DNA of 64,000 nt from the NCBI GenBank assembly GCA_965112155.1, contig OZ218100.1, one strand, 5' to 3'. The notes beneath the pieces were generated by a model. It saw only the letters and a list, made by a program, of their open reading frames with translations, was not told the origin of the DNA and did not search any database. Origin of the DNA: Podarcis liolepis. Lineage: Eukaryota. Below, one piece after another: positions 1 through 13,060 of this stretch; within the stretch, counting starts at the first letter, position 1; each line of letters begins with the position of its first letter. A program made the translations under genes and the position numbers.

Positions 1-1634
1 AGCAGCTGAAATTTAAATTTAGAACCTTCTGGTCCATAATTGAGTCAGCATAAGGAGCAGAAAATATGGCTACAGTAGCCAGCTCTGTTTGCAGAAGCAC
101 TTCTGCTATTCTGTCTATAACACTCCTTCATGTAAAATCAGAATGCTGTCAGGATAACATAAAAGAAGAGGGCTGGAATGAGGGATGTAGACACCATTAA
201 TACTGACTGTATAAAAATAGGATAGTAGGCACCAGAATAAGCAGGGCTCTTTAGTACATTAGCTACATTATTGGGGATAAATAGCCATATGAGCTTCTTA
301 GTAGAGGTTGGGGGGGGGGGGGAGTTGATTTTTGCACCAAGACTCCAGAACAGAAACTTTATACAGTGTTCTCTTCATGACCTGAAGCAAGTCTTCTGAA
401 AGTAAATGGGGGCAGCAGATGTCATCCAATGTCATGTTAGCATATCACTCCTAAGCAAGGTTGTCAAAATTAATTTTCTGTGTATCTGCTGTTCATCGGA
501 TGGCTTGCACTCATTCTTCTTACAGTGTGTAGTGAAGAAATAGCCACTGTGTAATGCGAACAATTATACCTGGCAGGTCCTGGGGGTGGTGGATAGTTAT
601 CACAGGCAGCAATCAAAACATGCCATTTAGAGAATAATGGTTTCAGTATCAAGAACAGTGGAAGGTGTCCTAGCATAGCCTTGAGCTATTCAGTGCCTTG
701 TGCCACTTTGTATGATACATGTCATAAAGGTAAGAGCAGCAGCAGCAGCAGCACACTGCTAACTCAGTAGTCTTCTGAGTGCCAAGTGCACTGAATCAGC
801 AAATCTGTCACTCACAAGCAATACGAGAATCTATGGCTTATGCATATGCTAGGCCGAATAGCAGATCCAGAGATAGCATGAGTGGCACAATCCAAAACAG
901 GGTCTATAGCACAATACCCTCACATTAGTCAGCTTTCTTCCTTGAGGGACCTTTGCTCCAATTTCTGTTTCTACTTTCCAGTATTAAATCAGCTGAGGTT
1001 GGAGCAATAATATTGTTGTGGAAATCATAACAATAATATCTGCTGCTCTTCAAAGCAGTGCAGAATGAATTATGTATATCTCTTTCCACTGGCAACAACA
1101 CTTTATCTAAACTGCATGTCACCTTTGGGTGAAGCAACTCCCCATTTTTAACGATGCCTTGTGGTAAAAACACAAAGCTGACAAAGCCTGAAGCTACTAA
1201 GGATTGGCATTTGCAACTGCAGGCCTATCATTGGCAATGGGCTTTAGAGTTCCTGAGTAATAAATATGAGGTAAAGGTTCAGTGGACTATAGGCAGTTTG
1301 CATTAAAGAATTGCATCAGTTTAGTGAAATTAGCATCCTAGCTAGAAAGTTGCTACATCTTAGTTACAGTGGTGCAGACACATACACAAGACCATGTAAG
1401 ATAATTTGCAAGTTCCTTGGAAGAACCTAAAAACAATTTGTATTCATTACCCCTAAGTCTTAAACTCATCAGGTTGGATGCAGTCTTATGTTATTTGCAT
1501 TTAGATCCCCTCAAAATCAGTTAAACATGACTTACATCCCATAGGTGTTAGTGGGAAATAAGGGCATTTTAATATTGATCCAATCCATTAGGATTGCCAC
1601 CAGTTCCCTAACATTCCCTAACATTGCCGCCATA

Positions 1635-1984
1635 AAGGTAAAGGGATCCCTGACCATTAGGTCCAGTCGTGGCCGACTCTGGGGTTGCAGCACTCATCTC
1701 GCTTTATTGGCCGAGGGAGCCGGCGTACAGCTTCCGGGTCATGTGGCCAGCATGACTAAGCCGCTTCTGGCGAACCAGAGCAGCACACGGAAACGCCGTT
1801 TTCCTTCCCACTGGAGCGATACCTATTTATCTACTTGCACTTTGATGTGCTTTCGAACTGCTAGGTTGGCAGGAGCAGGGACCAAGCAATGGAAGCTCAC
1901 CCCGTTGCAGGGATTCGAACCGCCGAACTTCTGTTTGGCAAGCCCTAGGCTCTGTGGTTTAACCCACAGCGCCACCCGCATCCC
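1635..1984 (-). mobile_element. Full-length Sauria SINE (Podarcis-type)
   Basis: Minus strand starts GGGATGCGGGTGGCGCTGTGGGTTAAACC (tRNA-like head, B box GGTTCGAATCC) and ends in an (ACCTTT)n tail. Flanked by a 16-bp TSD with 2 mismatches: TAACATTGCCGCCATA (1619-1634) and TAACATTGTTGCCATA (1986-2001). Confidence 0.92.
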
Positions 1985-2360
1985 TTAACATTGTTGCCAT
2001 AGCAGGTAATTAAATACCTGTTCTCAGGCTGGCATAAGATCATATAGATCCTTAACGACCCCAACACATTCCCAAACTGAGCTGTTTTCAGCCCCATCTC
2101 CAGTGAAGCACTGATGACATTGTAACCATGGTGGCAGTAAGCCCCAGCATTCATAGCTATTTCTTACACGTTCACAGAATACAGAAAGCACTAACCTGCC
2201 TTTGCATGATGGCACAACCTGTATATTCTCTATCCACTACGATGCTAGCACAGGGAAAACATGATTTAAATAGGAAATTATATGCTTTGAGTTAAGGTTT
2301 TAAAACCAAATATAGATGAAGACACCTGGTTTTCAATCTGTTTATCTTTCTGTGTTACAG

Positions 2361-2553
2361 GTTTTGTTTAAGCTTCTCCTGGGGAGTGCTAAATTTGGGG
2401 AAGCTGCCTTATTTTTGTCAGTGTTAGCAGTCTTCAATGTACTTTTTGTTACCTGTATTCCTATCATCCTTTACTTTACCAAAGTTGAATACTGGAGTTC
2501 TTTTGATGACATTCCTTGGGGAAGCATTTGCGGATTTTCAGTCCTATTATTGA
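2361..2553 (+). CDS. SLC35F3: SLC35F3 (solute carrier family 35 member F3), third-last coding exon; earlier exons lie outside the window
   Basis: ttacag|GTT...TTGA|gtaagt. Encodes VLFKLLLGSAKFGEAALFLSVLAVFNVLFVTCIPIILYFTKVEYWSSFDDIPWGSICGFSVLLL, a hydrophobic SLC35F3/F4-type segment. Synteny with COA6 and TARBP1 favours F3. Confidence 0.92.
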
Positions 2554-2649
2554 GTAAGTGAATGCTGCGTTTCTGATAATCTTCCAACAATAGCAGTGCC
2601 TCTGACCCCCTGCCAGACCAGCATAGCCAACTGGGCTGGATTGAGCCCT

Positions 2650-2945
2650 GCTGAATCAGGCCAAAGGTCCTTCTAGTCTAGCATCCTGTGTCCCATGGTG
2701 GCCAACCATGCACTAAGGGAAGCCCCACAGGATGACAGGAGCCCCCTCCTGCTGTTGTTCCTCAGCACCTGATATTTTGAGGCATTCTGCTCTGATTCTT
2801 GAGGTACCATACAGCTATTGAGAACCTTATCCTCCATGAATGTGTCTAATCCCTTTTTAAAGGCATCTAAGTTTATGGCCTTCACAACACCTTGCTTCTG
2901 TAAGTTCTGTAATGTAACAGTGTGCTATGTGAAATACTTCCTTTT
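2650..2945 (-). mobile_element. CR1 LINE 3' fragment
   Basis: Minus-strand translation ...INLDAFKKGLDTFMEDK is the typical CR1 ORF2 C-terminus, followed by a CR1-type 3'UTR. Related copy at 21995-22460. Confidence 0.8.
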
Positions 2946-3235
2946 GCCTAACTTGAATCTCCACCTTCAGTTATCTTTTTCAACACCCCAAATCAAATTG
3001 CATATCTGCTGGAACTTTTCCTTTTTATACAAGAAGTTAGACATGAGGAACGTCTTTATAAGGGCAAAATCCAGAGAATTTTGATAGATTTTAATCTTTA
3101 CACTTTTTACTAGCAAATGTTCACACTGGTATAAATGAGACTGCTTAAAGTGAACTAATTAAACCTGCGTGACTAAAGAGGATTGGTTTTACAACTGCTC
3201 TCTCAAAAGTGAAATAATTTTGTTTCTTATTTCAG

Positions 3236-3325
3236 CATTCAATATTTTATTAAATTTTGGGATTGCTATTACATATCCTACCTTGATATCTCTTGGAATT
3301 GTACTAAGTGTACCTGTAAATGTCG
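3236..3325 (+). CDS. SLC35F3: SLC35F3 penultimate coding exon
   Basis: tttcag|CATTC...GTCG|gtaag, 90 nt, phase 1/1. Encodes (T)FNILLNFGIAITYPTLISLGIVLSVPVNV. Confidence 0.92.
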
Positions 3326-4169
3326 GTAAGAATGCTTTTTAAAATTTTTAATTATATGCACATTTATGTATAGAATATACTTGGTTTATACTTAAAGAAC
3401 TACAGAGTTCTTATTCTTCCTGTATGCAAGTAATATAATTTTATAGTATTGGTCTTTAGATTAAAAAATTAAGAATGTCAAAATAAATTGATTTCAAGCA
3501 TTTATCTCTAATTTTCTATTGGCACAATATTGAGCTTTTATGCATGTCCCATTTATTTCAGTGCCAGGTGGGAAAGTGATGGTTTGAAAAAGTAAACTGA
3601 TTGATTCCTAATTATATGTTAATCATTAATCATATTCAAGAAAATGCAAAAAAATAGCCATTTCAGTAGACAATATGAGCCTCGAGAGTATGAACGCAAG
3701 TTTTGAGGAGCACTATACCCATAGAGCAATCCCTTCAAATGTTTTGAAATAAGGTATCTAAACCACATGCAACAGGAGAAGACCAAACAGGCTTCTAGGC
3801 AACTTATTTCTTTATAGGATTTAAATTTCACCCTGCATCATGTATGAACTTGATTTGAGGAAAAATTAACTGCTGCTGCTTGCATAATCTAACCCAAATG
3901 CAAGAAGCAGATGAATGAGAAATGCTTTATACCAACAAGAGTACCTACAAGAATACATGCCCTTGAGCATGCATGAACTAGTTCTTTGTATCCAGGCCTA
4001 TGCAATATTTAATACCACTGATAATGTTTAGTTTCATCAGTGCCATTTGGGGCCTTAAAGTTGTGAAACTGACTTGAAATGCAGGCTCTTTGCTATTAGT
4101 TATGTGATGTTCTGTTGAGTATGTGATACTTTGTACACTTTAATGATATTAGTTCAATGTTTCATGCAG

Positions 4170-4414
4170 TTGTTGATCACTACTTGAGTGACATTGAATT
4201 CAACAGTGTCCGCGTAATTGCCATTGTCATCATTGGCCTGGGCTTCCTGCTGCTGCTTTTACCAGAGGAATGGGATGAGTGGTTGATAAAGCTCCTCACT
4301 CGCCTCAAAGTACGAAAGAAGGAAGAGATACCGGAAGGAAATGGAGACATTGTTTCAGGATTACAAAATAAAAGCAGGAGAACACGCCCATCCATGTCAT
4401 CATTCTCACATTAA
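4170..4414 (+). CDS. SLC35F3: SLC35F3 last coding exon
   Basis: atgcag|TT GTT GAT...; VVDHYLSDIEFNSVRVIAIVIIGLGFLLLLLPEEWDEWLIKLLTRLKVRKKEE...RPSMSSFSH*, stop TAA at 4412-4414. Confidence 0.93.
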
Positions 4415-5991
4415 TGTTGTTTTTTTATGGAAAGTCTTAACGTTATATGCTATAATTCACAGATCTTTTCTTGCAAAGCACATATGTTCAATACAGTGTA
4501 CATAGATGTACAGTTTTGATAATAGAGTCCGAGGCATCACGTTTCAGCATGTCCAAATTGCTTGCACTGTTTCACATCAGATATTTCACTTGAGTGAACT
4601 CATTTAAAAAGGCAAAAACAGAATTCTTTTTAAATGAATGTAACGTATAAATGAATTATATTGCATATATTGTTTTAATGATCAATCATCATGAAAAGCA
4701 GGGCATATAATTTGAACATTAAGTACTGAATGACACATCGCACACTGTGATTTACAAATATATATAATATATATAGAGAGAAAAACATGCTATACTATGT
4801 CATAAGCTTATTTTTTAAACAGAGCTGTACTCTATAAATGTTTTCATATAAACCAAAAGAAAATCTTTTGGTGGGGGGTGGGGGAGAAAATGGGGGGGGG
4901 GTTGCTGTGTGAAGATTAGTGCCCTTGGTGCCAGAGCAGAGGCCGGATAAAATGTTAAGTTTTGCACAAAAGCATGAAAGTGAAAGCAGTCAAGAGTATC
5001 AGGGCACCATTAGCCAGGGATTTTTCCTGTGAAAGCCACACTGAAGTGAATAGCAGGTGTGCAAGAACATGGCAGGCTTCTTCCTGCGTGGTGTTTTGCA
5101 TGACTCCCATCCATCTCAATAGAGTTTGTGCAGGAAAAGTTCTCTGGGGTAGTGCATCCAATCTTTATAACTGTGCATGATGACTGCAATCCATGCTTTT
5201 TCTCATGCAAGGGAAAATACAGTGCCTTCTACAGAAATCTAGTCCATTGTCTGTGTAGAATTAGGTCACACTGCAAGTTGCTTCTGCATTGGTCTTTACA
5301 ACATGAAAAGTTTGTTCTGCAGACACAGTGCTCTTGAAACTCCCAAAGAAATCAATGAGTGCCTGCTTCAAGCCACTGATTAATGGGAGTGCTGAACACT
5401 TGGGGACTTCAAGGTCTCTTGCTAGGTCAGATTTGCTTCCCACTTACATGGGTCTTGAGGTGGGACTCTCCTCCTGATCTGTATTTCTGTGAGTGTGAAA
5501 AGAATCAAGCCCTGCATGTAAGAACCTTGCTTAAAAACCAACAATAAAGCTAGCAGCCACTTACAGGGAACACAGTTTATGATGTATACAAAAGGGGACT
5601 AAGAGGTGAATTGCCACTTGCTTTTATTACATTGCTTTGAGGGTGGGTTTTTTTAAAGAACACACAAGATATTAACATCAAACCTAACACTTTTTACAAA
5701 ACTTGTAAGCACCAAGCTGTTTACTTCTACAATTTAGGTTCGCCATTAAATTTCTATCTGTGATAGACTATGTGATATGTACAAAGAAAGAGGCAAAGGT
5801 TATAGTTTACTATTTTTGAAGTTTACATTGCTACATACAAATTAAAAATGTTATTTTGAAATGTTGCCATAACCCAATGGTACATGCTGTCTCTGTGGCA
5901 TTTTTACATGTCAAATGGAGGTGGTGTTCACTTCTCAAATTTTTATTGAATCAATTTCAGATTCAATTATTTGCTTGACAAAACTAATAAA
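4415..5991 (+). other. SLC35F3: Probable SLC35F3 3'UTR with candidate poly(A) signals ATTAAA (5841-5846) and AATAAA (5986-5991)
   Basis: AT-rich sequence after the stop. ATTAAA is followed by a TG-rich tract (5886-5898). The true 3' end cannot be determined from sequence. Confidence 0.5.
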
Positions 5992-8900
5992 ACTACTGAA
6001 AGTTCATACCAAGTCAATGGCTTCTGCTTCTGTTTCCCATCTTCTGGTGAGATACCATGTTATTTTTACTAAGAAATATTTTACTTGTGTGGAAGTGACA
6101 AAAGAAAAGAAAGGGATAACAAGCCCAGTGCTGTGACCCTGAAAAATTCTTTCTCCAGGTTGTTTCAGCTACACTGATTTAGTTTATATCAAAAAAGACT
6201 TAAGTGGGAAGAGCAGTACTTCAAGAGGGCCATGGAGATGCAGAGCAACAGATCTGCAGGCACAACCATAGCCCTGCCAGCTCTTGCTGTATAAGGCAGA
6301 AGATGGGGTGGGCGTTTTCTTTTCTTTTCTTTTCAAAACTGCATCAGCTCCAGTCCAGAGTAGTAGATGGGGCCCAGGAGCTGGACTGGCTTACAACAAA
6401 ATGGATCCATGGCCCAGCCCAGCTCCAGCCCCAACCCAGACCCTGTAACACCCCACTTGGAAGCCATCCCCTGGACCAATGTCTCCTCCACTATACTTGC
6501 TGAGGTCACAGTGGGGAGCTCTGTGGTGGCAGAGGCTAGTGGGCAGGGCTATTCACTGAATCCTACACATACACACCAGCATTATGGTTGGGGGTTAGAA
6601 CTGCAGCCTCAATATTTTAAATACACTTGGGAATAGTTAAGGGAATAAGGTGTACCTAATTTTTGCTAGAGTGCACCCATATTTTTCTAGGTTTCAAGAC
6701 CTACCAGTGTGTCACTGACCCGAAACACTATGCATAGCCAACATTGTGCTAGTGGTAGATGTAGCATGCAGATAAGGACGACCTCCCCAAAGATCTAGAT
6801 ACCAAATAGTAATACAAATTTATCTACACAATTTATTATTTCCTCCCATTGTCTTGTACATTTCTTAAATTAAAAGCTAGGTTGAAAATGTTATCCAGGA
6901 CATGCAGCCCAGCCAGCCATGTGAGCAATGAGTTATGTAACACCCTGTTAGTCGGCAAGATTTAGGTGATAGGAAAAAAGCTTGAATGTGGTTGTTCTAT
7001 TTGTTAATATTTCAAAACCTTTTAGAAATTTTTCTAAGCAAGTGTGCTATGTATACATACTGTCTAGAGATTTTACATATCTGTAATTCCCCCTCCCCTG
7101 CCCACCAAAAAATAAAGATTACCAGAATTAATCTGCACAGTTCAAATGAAAACAGTGAGCCATTTGCTTATTCAAGTGTGCATTAATTCATATGGAGTAT
7201 GTGCAACTAAGATCAAAGCAAGGGTGTTAATATTCTGACTCACTCAAAACAGAACAGTCCTCTGTTCAAATGTCAACAGAATAGAGCATTTATTTTGTTC
7301 TTGCATGCGCTAATGAAAATTAGGTTTATAAAACAGAACAGGAAAATGTGTGCAGTAATTAAACTCTTTTCTACAACAATTCACCAGGCTCATGGATTAT
7401 TTTACTCTTATTTAGAAACTCTGCTCAAGTCCTGAACACACACAATAAGTAGATATTCCTGAAAACAGTGCTACTTACTCCCAAGGAACTTGAGAGCTGT
7501 AGTAGTTTGGCCCAGCAGCCCAGTCCAGCATCCAGTGCAAGAGTTATGGTATGATGCTATGAAACACCTCAGCCCTTCGCTTTGAAACTGGGGGCCTGCC
7601 TGCCTGCCTACCTTCTTTGCTTATACAAGAGAATTGGTGGTTGCTACTGTGCCTGTGCCCTGGAGAAGCCTATGCACTGTCCAGTTGTGTTACACAAGGA
7701 GGGCAGAGAGGATCAAGATGGAGACAGACACAGGTGAGAGCTTCAGCTAAGAGCAGCAGTCCAGCTCCTACCACAACCTTGTGCCATCAAATTAGTACTT
7801 ACTGGGAGAAGAGGGAAATCTGAGGGCATGAGGCTCCTAGATGTTATGCTGCATGCATACATAGCAAAATGCCACTTAACTGCAGTAAAACAAGGCTTTC
7901 TTTGAGCCACTACAACTACCACAACTACAACTAAACTAGTACTGAAAGATACTGTAGTCGGTGGTACTCCATGGTTACAGGTAGTTTCCTATGGCAACAA
8001 GGAATTTTCAGCGAAAGCAATGGCATTAATTCAAAGACCCGCACATCTTTTCACATACTGATACTGCATTGTTAAAGCACAACAGACCTGCACTTAAAAT
8101 GGCTAGTTTATTTAGCTACTTAGCTGTCTTCAGATTCTTATTACTATCTGAGAAATGTTATACAATGACTTGGATATAAGGAGCTTCCATTATCTAAAAG
8201 CCATTCTCAGCGTGAAGACTGCCGCTCAGCATGCTCCCTTACCAAAATAGTTTTCAGGGCAATACAATAGGCACACAAAAAATGAGGCAGCACTCTGCTT
8301 GGAATTTTTAATGCTAAGCAGAGCAGAGCATGATAACTATTGAAAAATTAACAGAAGTTTAAAAACTCTAATTGAAAACCCTAAAGTGCATCCGAAATTC
8401 AAATTTATGTAAATTAAAATATACATTTTTTGTTGTTGAAAGCAGTACTTGGCAACCTTTTTAGCTGCCACATTCACAGTAAGCATAGTATGATATGAAT
8501 ATGTAGACTTGCTTATGGGGTAGGCTGCCAGCCAGAAGAAGTAGTACTGAGCTAGATAAATGAAGTTGCTTTGTTATGTCAGACTATTCATTGCCAGACA
8601 GCCCCCCATGATACATAGCTTGGCTCAGGGAATATAAGTATAGAGTTAGTTTGACTAGGAGCTTTCTTTCTTTAAAAATGTCATCATTCACCATTGCCAA
8701 GGAACTTCTCTTGAATTCACACGAACAAGAAGCATTATGTTAGGGTAATATTCCAGGTAGATTCTGTAATGAGAGGGAAGTCCCTGCTCCAGTGACAACC
8801 CTGCGGTGTAGGCTAATAGTCTTGAGGGATCTGTCCTAGTTCTTTCTCTCTGCTGCCACTGCTTGCTTATGCACCATCAAGGCCTTACCGTGGTCTCCTC

Positions 8901-9575
8901 AAGATCTCTCGCTTGGCAACTTCAGCCTGTCTCCCCTCCACTTTCCTAGGCACATTAACAATCAGTAGCATAGGCCTTGAGTGTGTTCAGCTCTAATTAA
9001 GCAGTTTATTCAAATGGAGTATGTATTAAAAAAGGGAGAAGTGGGAGAAATGGCAAGTGTGCAGCTCAAAATACCAGAATATTGGTCTAACTAATCCTAC
9101 ACTTAATCCAAACTAACACTGCAAACTTACTCTCAGTGGTCACCTCTGGCACTGGCAGCTTTGGGCATGAGCTGCAGGTTGGGGAAATCAAGAGGGGCAA
9201 AGGCTGAATGGCCACAGACCCCTTTTTAAGGGTTTAGGTTTTAGTGACAACTGGTAGTTTCAGGAATTAGGGGAGATGGTAGGCAGCTCCTGGGGGCAGT
9301 AAAAGAGGGTTATCAGTGGTAGAAATTACCCCCTGGGTTACACTATATTCTTGCCAGTCAGGATCTAATCAATGACTTTGTGCACTGGAAGAGGGATATG
9401 CCGTCTTCACTATGGTAATGGGGGAAGAACACCAAACCTGGCCAGATTCTAGCATATCTATCCTGAGGTTTTTGTTCCTTGTATAAATTTAACATGGTTT
9501 CTCTGAGAATAACTACTATTCATAGGAAGATGCCTTACATCCTGACAGAGTATTATCACCCATACTATCAATTCT

Positions 9576-9713
9576 GAGCAGCAGCCACTCTTCAGGGTCT
9601 CGGGCAGAAATTGTTTCCCTCACCTGATACCTAACCCTTTAAACTGGGGGTGTGGGGATTGAAGATGGGGTCTTCTGTTTGCAATGCATGTGCTCTGCCA
9701 ATGAATTATGGTC
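9576..9713 (-). mobile_element. Degraded tRNA-derived SINE fragment
   Basis: Reverse complement reads ...GGCAGAGCACATGCATTGCAAACAGAAGACCCCATCTTCAATCCCC, similar to the SINE heads at 28186-28360 and 43429. Confidence 0.55.
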
Positions 9714-10144
9714 ACTTCCCTGAATAATGAAATGAAATAAGCCTGGGATTTTTATTTAATTACCTATATAAAAGTTGAAGCTAATTTTTAATAATGCACA
9801 CGTCTCATTCTTCATTTAGAAAGCTCAGAGGAGCTTACATGAGGTATCCAGTGGTCTCCAATCCATCAAATGAAAAGGTATATAATTTGGTAGCTTCATC
9901 ATTGCTATAGGACTTAATGTAAAACATTAATTGGGCCTATTCTGACCACCAGGAGTTATTTATCTGGGAATACACAGGACTCATTGCAACAGAGAGATGC
10001 TATTTTCATGTAAATCATGACAGGGCAACTCATTCTATAAGACAATGAGGAAAAAAAGATCAGAAGGCCATCCTCTTCCAGACAGGGAAGCTTGTCTATA
10101 GATTTACCCACTCTGCATTTTCTCCAGCCACTAAGTATCAACAA

Positions 10145-10487
10145 CATAGGCGCCGACTCCATGGGGCTTGAGGGGGCCCGAGCCCCCTCAAAAATTCGTT
10201 TGGGGGGGCTCCGCCCCCCCAATAATCTCCGGCGCCCCTCCAGCAGAGCGCCATCGCCGCCCCTCCCCCAGCCAAAAATGCACAGGGGCGGGCTGCATGC
10301 CTCCTGCCCTCCCTCCCGAGCAAAAGCTCCACCCAATTTCCTTCGGAGCTGATTAATAGGCGCAGCACACTCTCCCCTATTCGCTTACGAGGAGGCGGCG
10401 CCACTTTATTTGCATATTCATGAGCTTATTTATTATTCATGAGCTTTCCCGGGCCCCCCCAATATTTTTTATAAGTCCGCGTCCCTG
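10145..10487. mobile_element. Non-autonomous hAT-type DNA transposon (GC-rich, 343 bp)
   Basis: Perfect 8-bp TSD ATCAACAA (10137-10144 and 10488-10495). Imperfect TIRs CATAGGCGCCGACT / AGTCCGCGTCCCTG. Confidence 0.85.
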
Positions 10488-10949
10488 ATCAACAATATTG
10501 CTTTAGGTTTATGCCCCACAGACAGCAAATTATCAACAAGCCACCAATTTTCTACAGAAAATCATACAGCAAAATAAAAAGAAGAAGAACCTAAACAAAC
10601 CAAGTACATGTATGCCAACTAAAAAGATAATATTGTAAGTGTCTGTCTTGGGAGTTCAAAAGTGGCATAGTCCTGCAGTGTTTTATGGAAGGCTTTTAAG
10701 AATTATAATCATTCAATACTTTTCAAGATCAACCCTTACCTCAATGCTGTGAAAAAGCCACACAGTTCAGAAGCACAGCTCCTTGGTTCCCATGGAAACG
10801 AGCCAGCACTTCTTACAGTTCCACTAGTAGAATGTAAAGGTGTGTGAGGTTTACAATCAGTTTAGGAAACTGATAAATTATTAAGACACTGGTTGCTTTG
10901 GTTTCAGTCACTAGACCAAAAGACCATTCTGCCCAGTACTTGCCTCAAA

Positions 10950-11143
10950 ACAGGGTCAGCAGCAGCCAAGGGTAAAACATTGGGGGGGGGAGATAAGCCC
11001 TGCCCACATAATCACATGATGCAGCACACACACAAACACACTATTTGAATGGCAATACCCATCAACTCTGGGGGAGCCAGCCCCCCTCAAATATTTTATT
11101 TGGGGGTGTTGAAGGGACTTTGGCCCCTAGGAGTTGGCTCCTG
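10950..11143. mobile_element. Degraded hAT-like MITE
   Basis: Ends GGCCCCTAGGAGTTGGCTCCTG and contains CCCCCCTCAAATATTTTATTTGGGGG, resembling the interior of the 10145 element. TSD not resolved. Confidence 0.45.
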
Positions 11144-12379
11144 TCAGAAGCTCCCCCTCCCTCAAATGCCATAATCCCATTCACAATACTAGAAGTAAAG
11201 AGCAGGAATCAAGCTTCACCACCAAGATACCTGCAGAGCAGATAGATCCAGTTCAGATGCATTGGTCACCCTACAATATTTAATCTGACTTGGGGAGGTG
11301 GGCAGAATCGGTCCCAAACCCCATACTGTGATCATTTAGATCAGACTTTAGGCTTGAGGACCCATCTGCTTCAGCATTTTGCTGCTTGGAAGGAGAGAGT
11401 TCACTCACACGCAAAGGGAAGATTTTTGTAACTCTAGGCCTTTAGAAATAGGCTGTGACTGAATTGAGAAAATCTACTCAGACTTGGGGAAGTAGCTGTT
11501 TTTCATTGGTCCTTCATGGTGTAGCCCGGAACTCCTCGGTTCCTGTGGTCCATGAATGCTTCTCTCAGGGATGAAATGCAACTCTCAAGCCACCAGCTGG
11601 ACACTTTGCCCTCCTTAAACTGTCAGACTATGGCAAGTCTGGGCTCCTATGTTGCTAGATCAACCATAGGCGGCGCTGCGTCCAAACTGAAGCCGCCAGC
11701 GCTGCTGCTAAATCAGGAGGAATTAATAAAGTTGTTCCGTTTTGTAGCCGTTTGGGGCCTCGTCTCTGTCGCGACTCACAGAGGTGACCTGATAATTACA
11801 AAGCAAAAACCTCCTGCAGAATCCCTGCTCGGATGGCGGCGGCAGGCAGCCCTTGCGCGCGACAAAGGAAGGCTGCGCTTTCGGAGCCTCCCGAATTCTC
11901 CGCTTCTGTTCCTCGTCTCTTAACAAATTCTGGCCTGCCGTGACTTCGAAAAGTGCGCATAGTTCATCACACACACCAGGAAGGATTTATTTTTTTAAAA
12001 AATGTGGAATTTAACGGGCAGCACAATTGCAAGCACGGCGGGTGCCAAAGTGGCGCAAGGACAGCCCCGTCCGTTTTCTACCAAAATCAGCTGCAAATGT
12101 CAATTTAATTGGTCTGCTTCCATCCTCAAAAAAGCCCCACCTGCTAATGCAGACGCCGCTGCTTTAACACTGAAACTTTAAAAAATACATGGTGGCAATT
12201 TTGAAGATTTTCACTCTATTGCCGAATTATATTATTGCCATTTATTCGAAAGCACCAAAATATTAACGGCTAAATTAGAACTTCCAAACCTGTGGGGCGC
12301 ACGAAACGGAACTGCAATTCATGTCTCTTAGGTCACTGCTCTGTCCCAGGGCTTCATTCTGAGCCCATTTGTTTTCCCG

Positions 12380-13060
12380 CCCGCAGAGCAGCACTGAAGG
12401 GGGCCGGGCAGTAGCCTAGCAACAAAGCCGCCAAGCAAGCTGCGTAAGTGCGCACGCGCAGCCAATAACGCAGCAGGCGGAGAGAGACACCCTCTCTTCT
12501 CCGCCTCCGCGTTGTCATAATAAGCTCAGGCCTCCATGTTAACTGCGCATGCGCTTCCGGTGTATGTGCGTTCGTCACCTGGATGAACATCCGGGCTTTT
12601 CACGCTCAGCCGGAAGTACGGCGGGTAAGTGAGGGCGGCGGGTGTAGAATCCTCACCTTGTCTGGAGGTCGGGAGCCTGGCTTCAAGCAGAGGAGCGGCC
12701 GCTTCTGTCGGGTGGAGAGAGCCTTCTGAGCGCGAGAAGGCGGGGAGACCCTTCTCAGCCCTGCTGCGGGTGGAGAGTAGGAGGTGACTCCCAAGACTGC
12801 AGCAGCCGAGCGTGGAGGGCAAGCAGAGCCTCCTCCGCGCGCTTCCCCTGCCTTGTGCCCACTTGGCACCGCTCTCCAGCCGCGGCGAGGGCGCGGGACT
12901 CGGTCACGCGGCGCCTTCCCTGCAGGGGGCTCTGCGGGGAGGGAAACGGCGGGAGAGACCGCGCGCTCTCCTTTCGGCAGAAACTGGACTTTCGGGATAG
13001 GTGTCCTGGGGAGCCCCGTTCTTTAGCCCCGAGTTCAGCAGCTCAGGTTGGTCGCGTGCA
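12380..13060 (+). promoter_or_regulatory. COA6: COA6 CpG-island promoter with NRF1, ETS/GABP and CCAAT motifs
   Basis: High CpG density. NRF1 TGCGCATGCGC at 12544-12554, NRF1-like GTGCGCACGCGCA at 12448-12460, CCAAT at 12462-12466, ETS CTTCCGG at 12554-12560 and CCGGAAGT at 12610-12617. NRF1 plus GABP is typical of nuclear-encoded mitochondrial genes. Confidence 0.85.
12564..12624 (+). other. COA6: COA6 exon 1 (5'UTR or optional in-frame N-terminal extension); 5' boundary unknown
   Basis: Strong donor GCGG|GTAAGT at 12624/12625 inside the CpG island. The ATG at 12564 is in frame with exon 2. Confidence 0.65.

Noticed and set aside
1545-1988. 147-aa ORF
   Set aside because: Lies almost entirely within the antisense strand of a Sauria SINE.
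9956-10404. Cluster of overlapping ORFs
   Set aside because: GC-rich interior of a non-autonomous hAT element; no transposase motifs.
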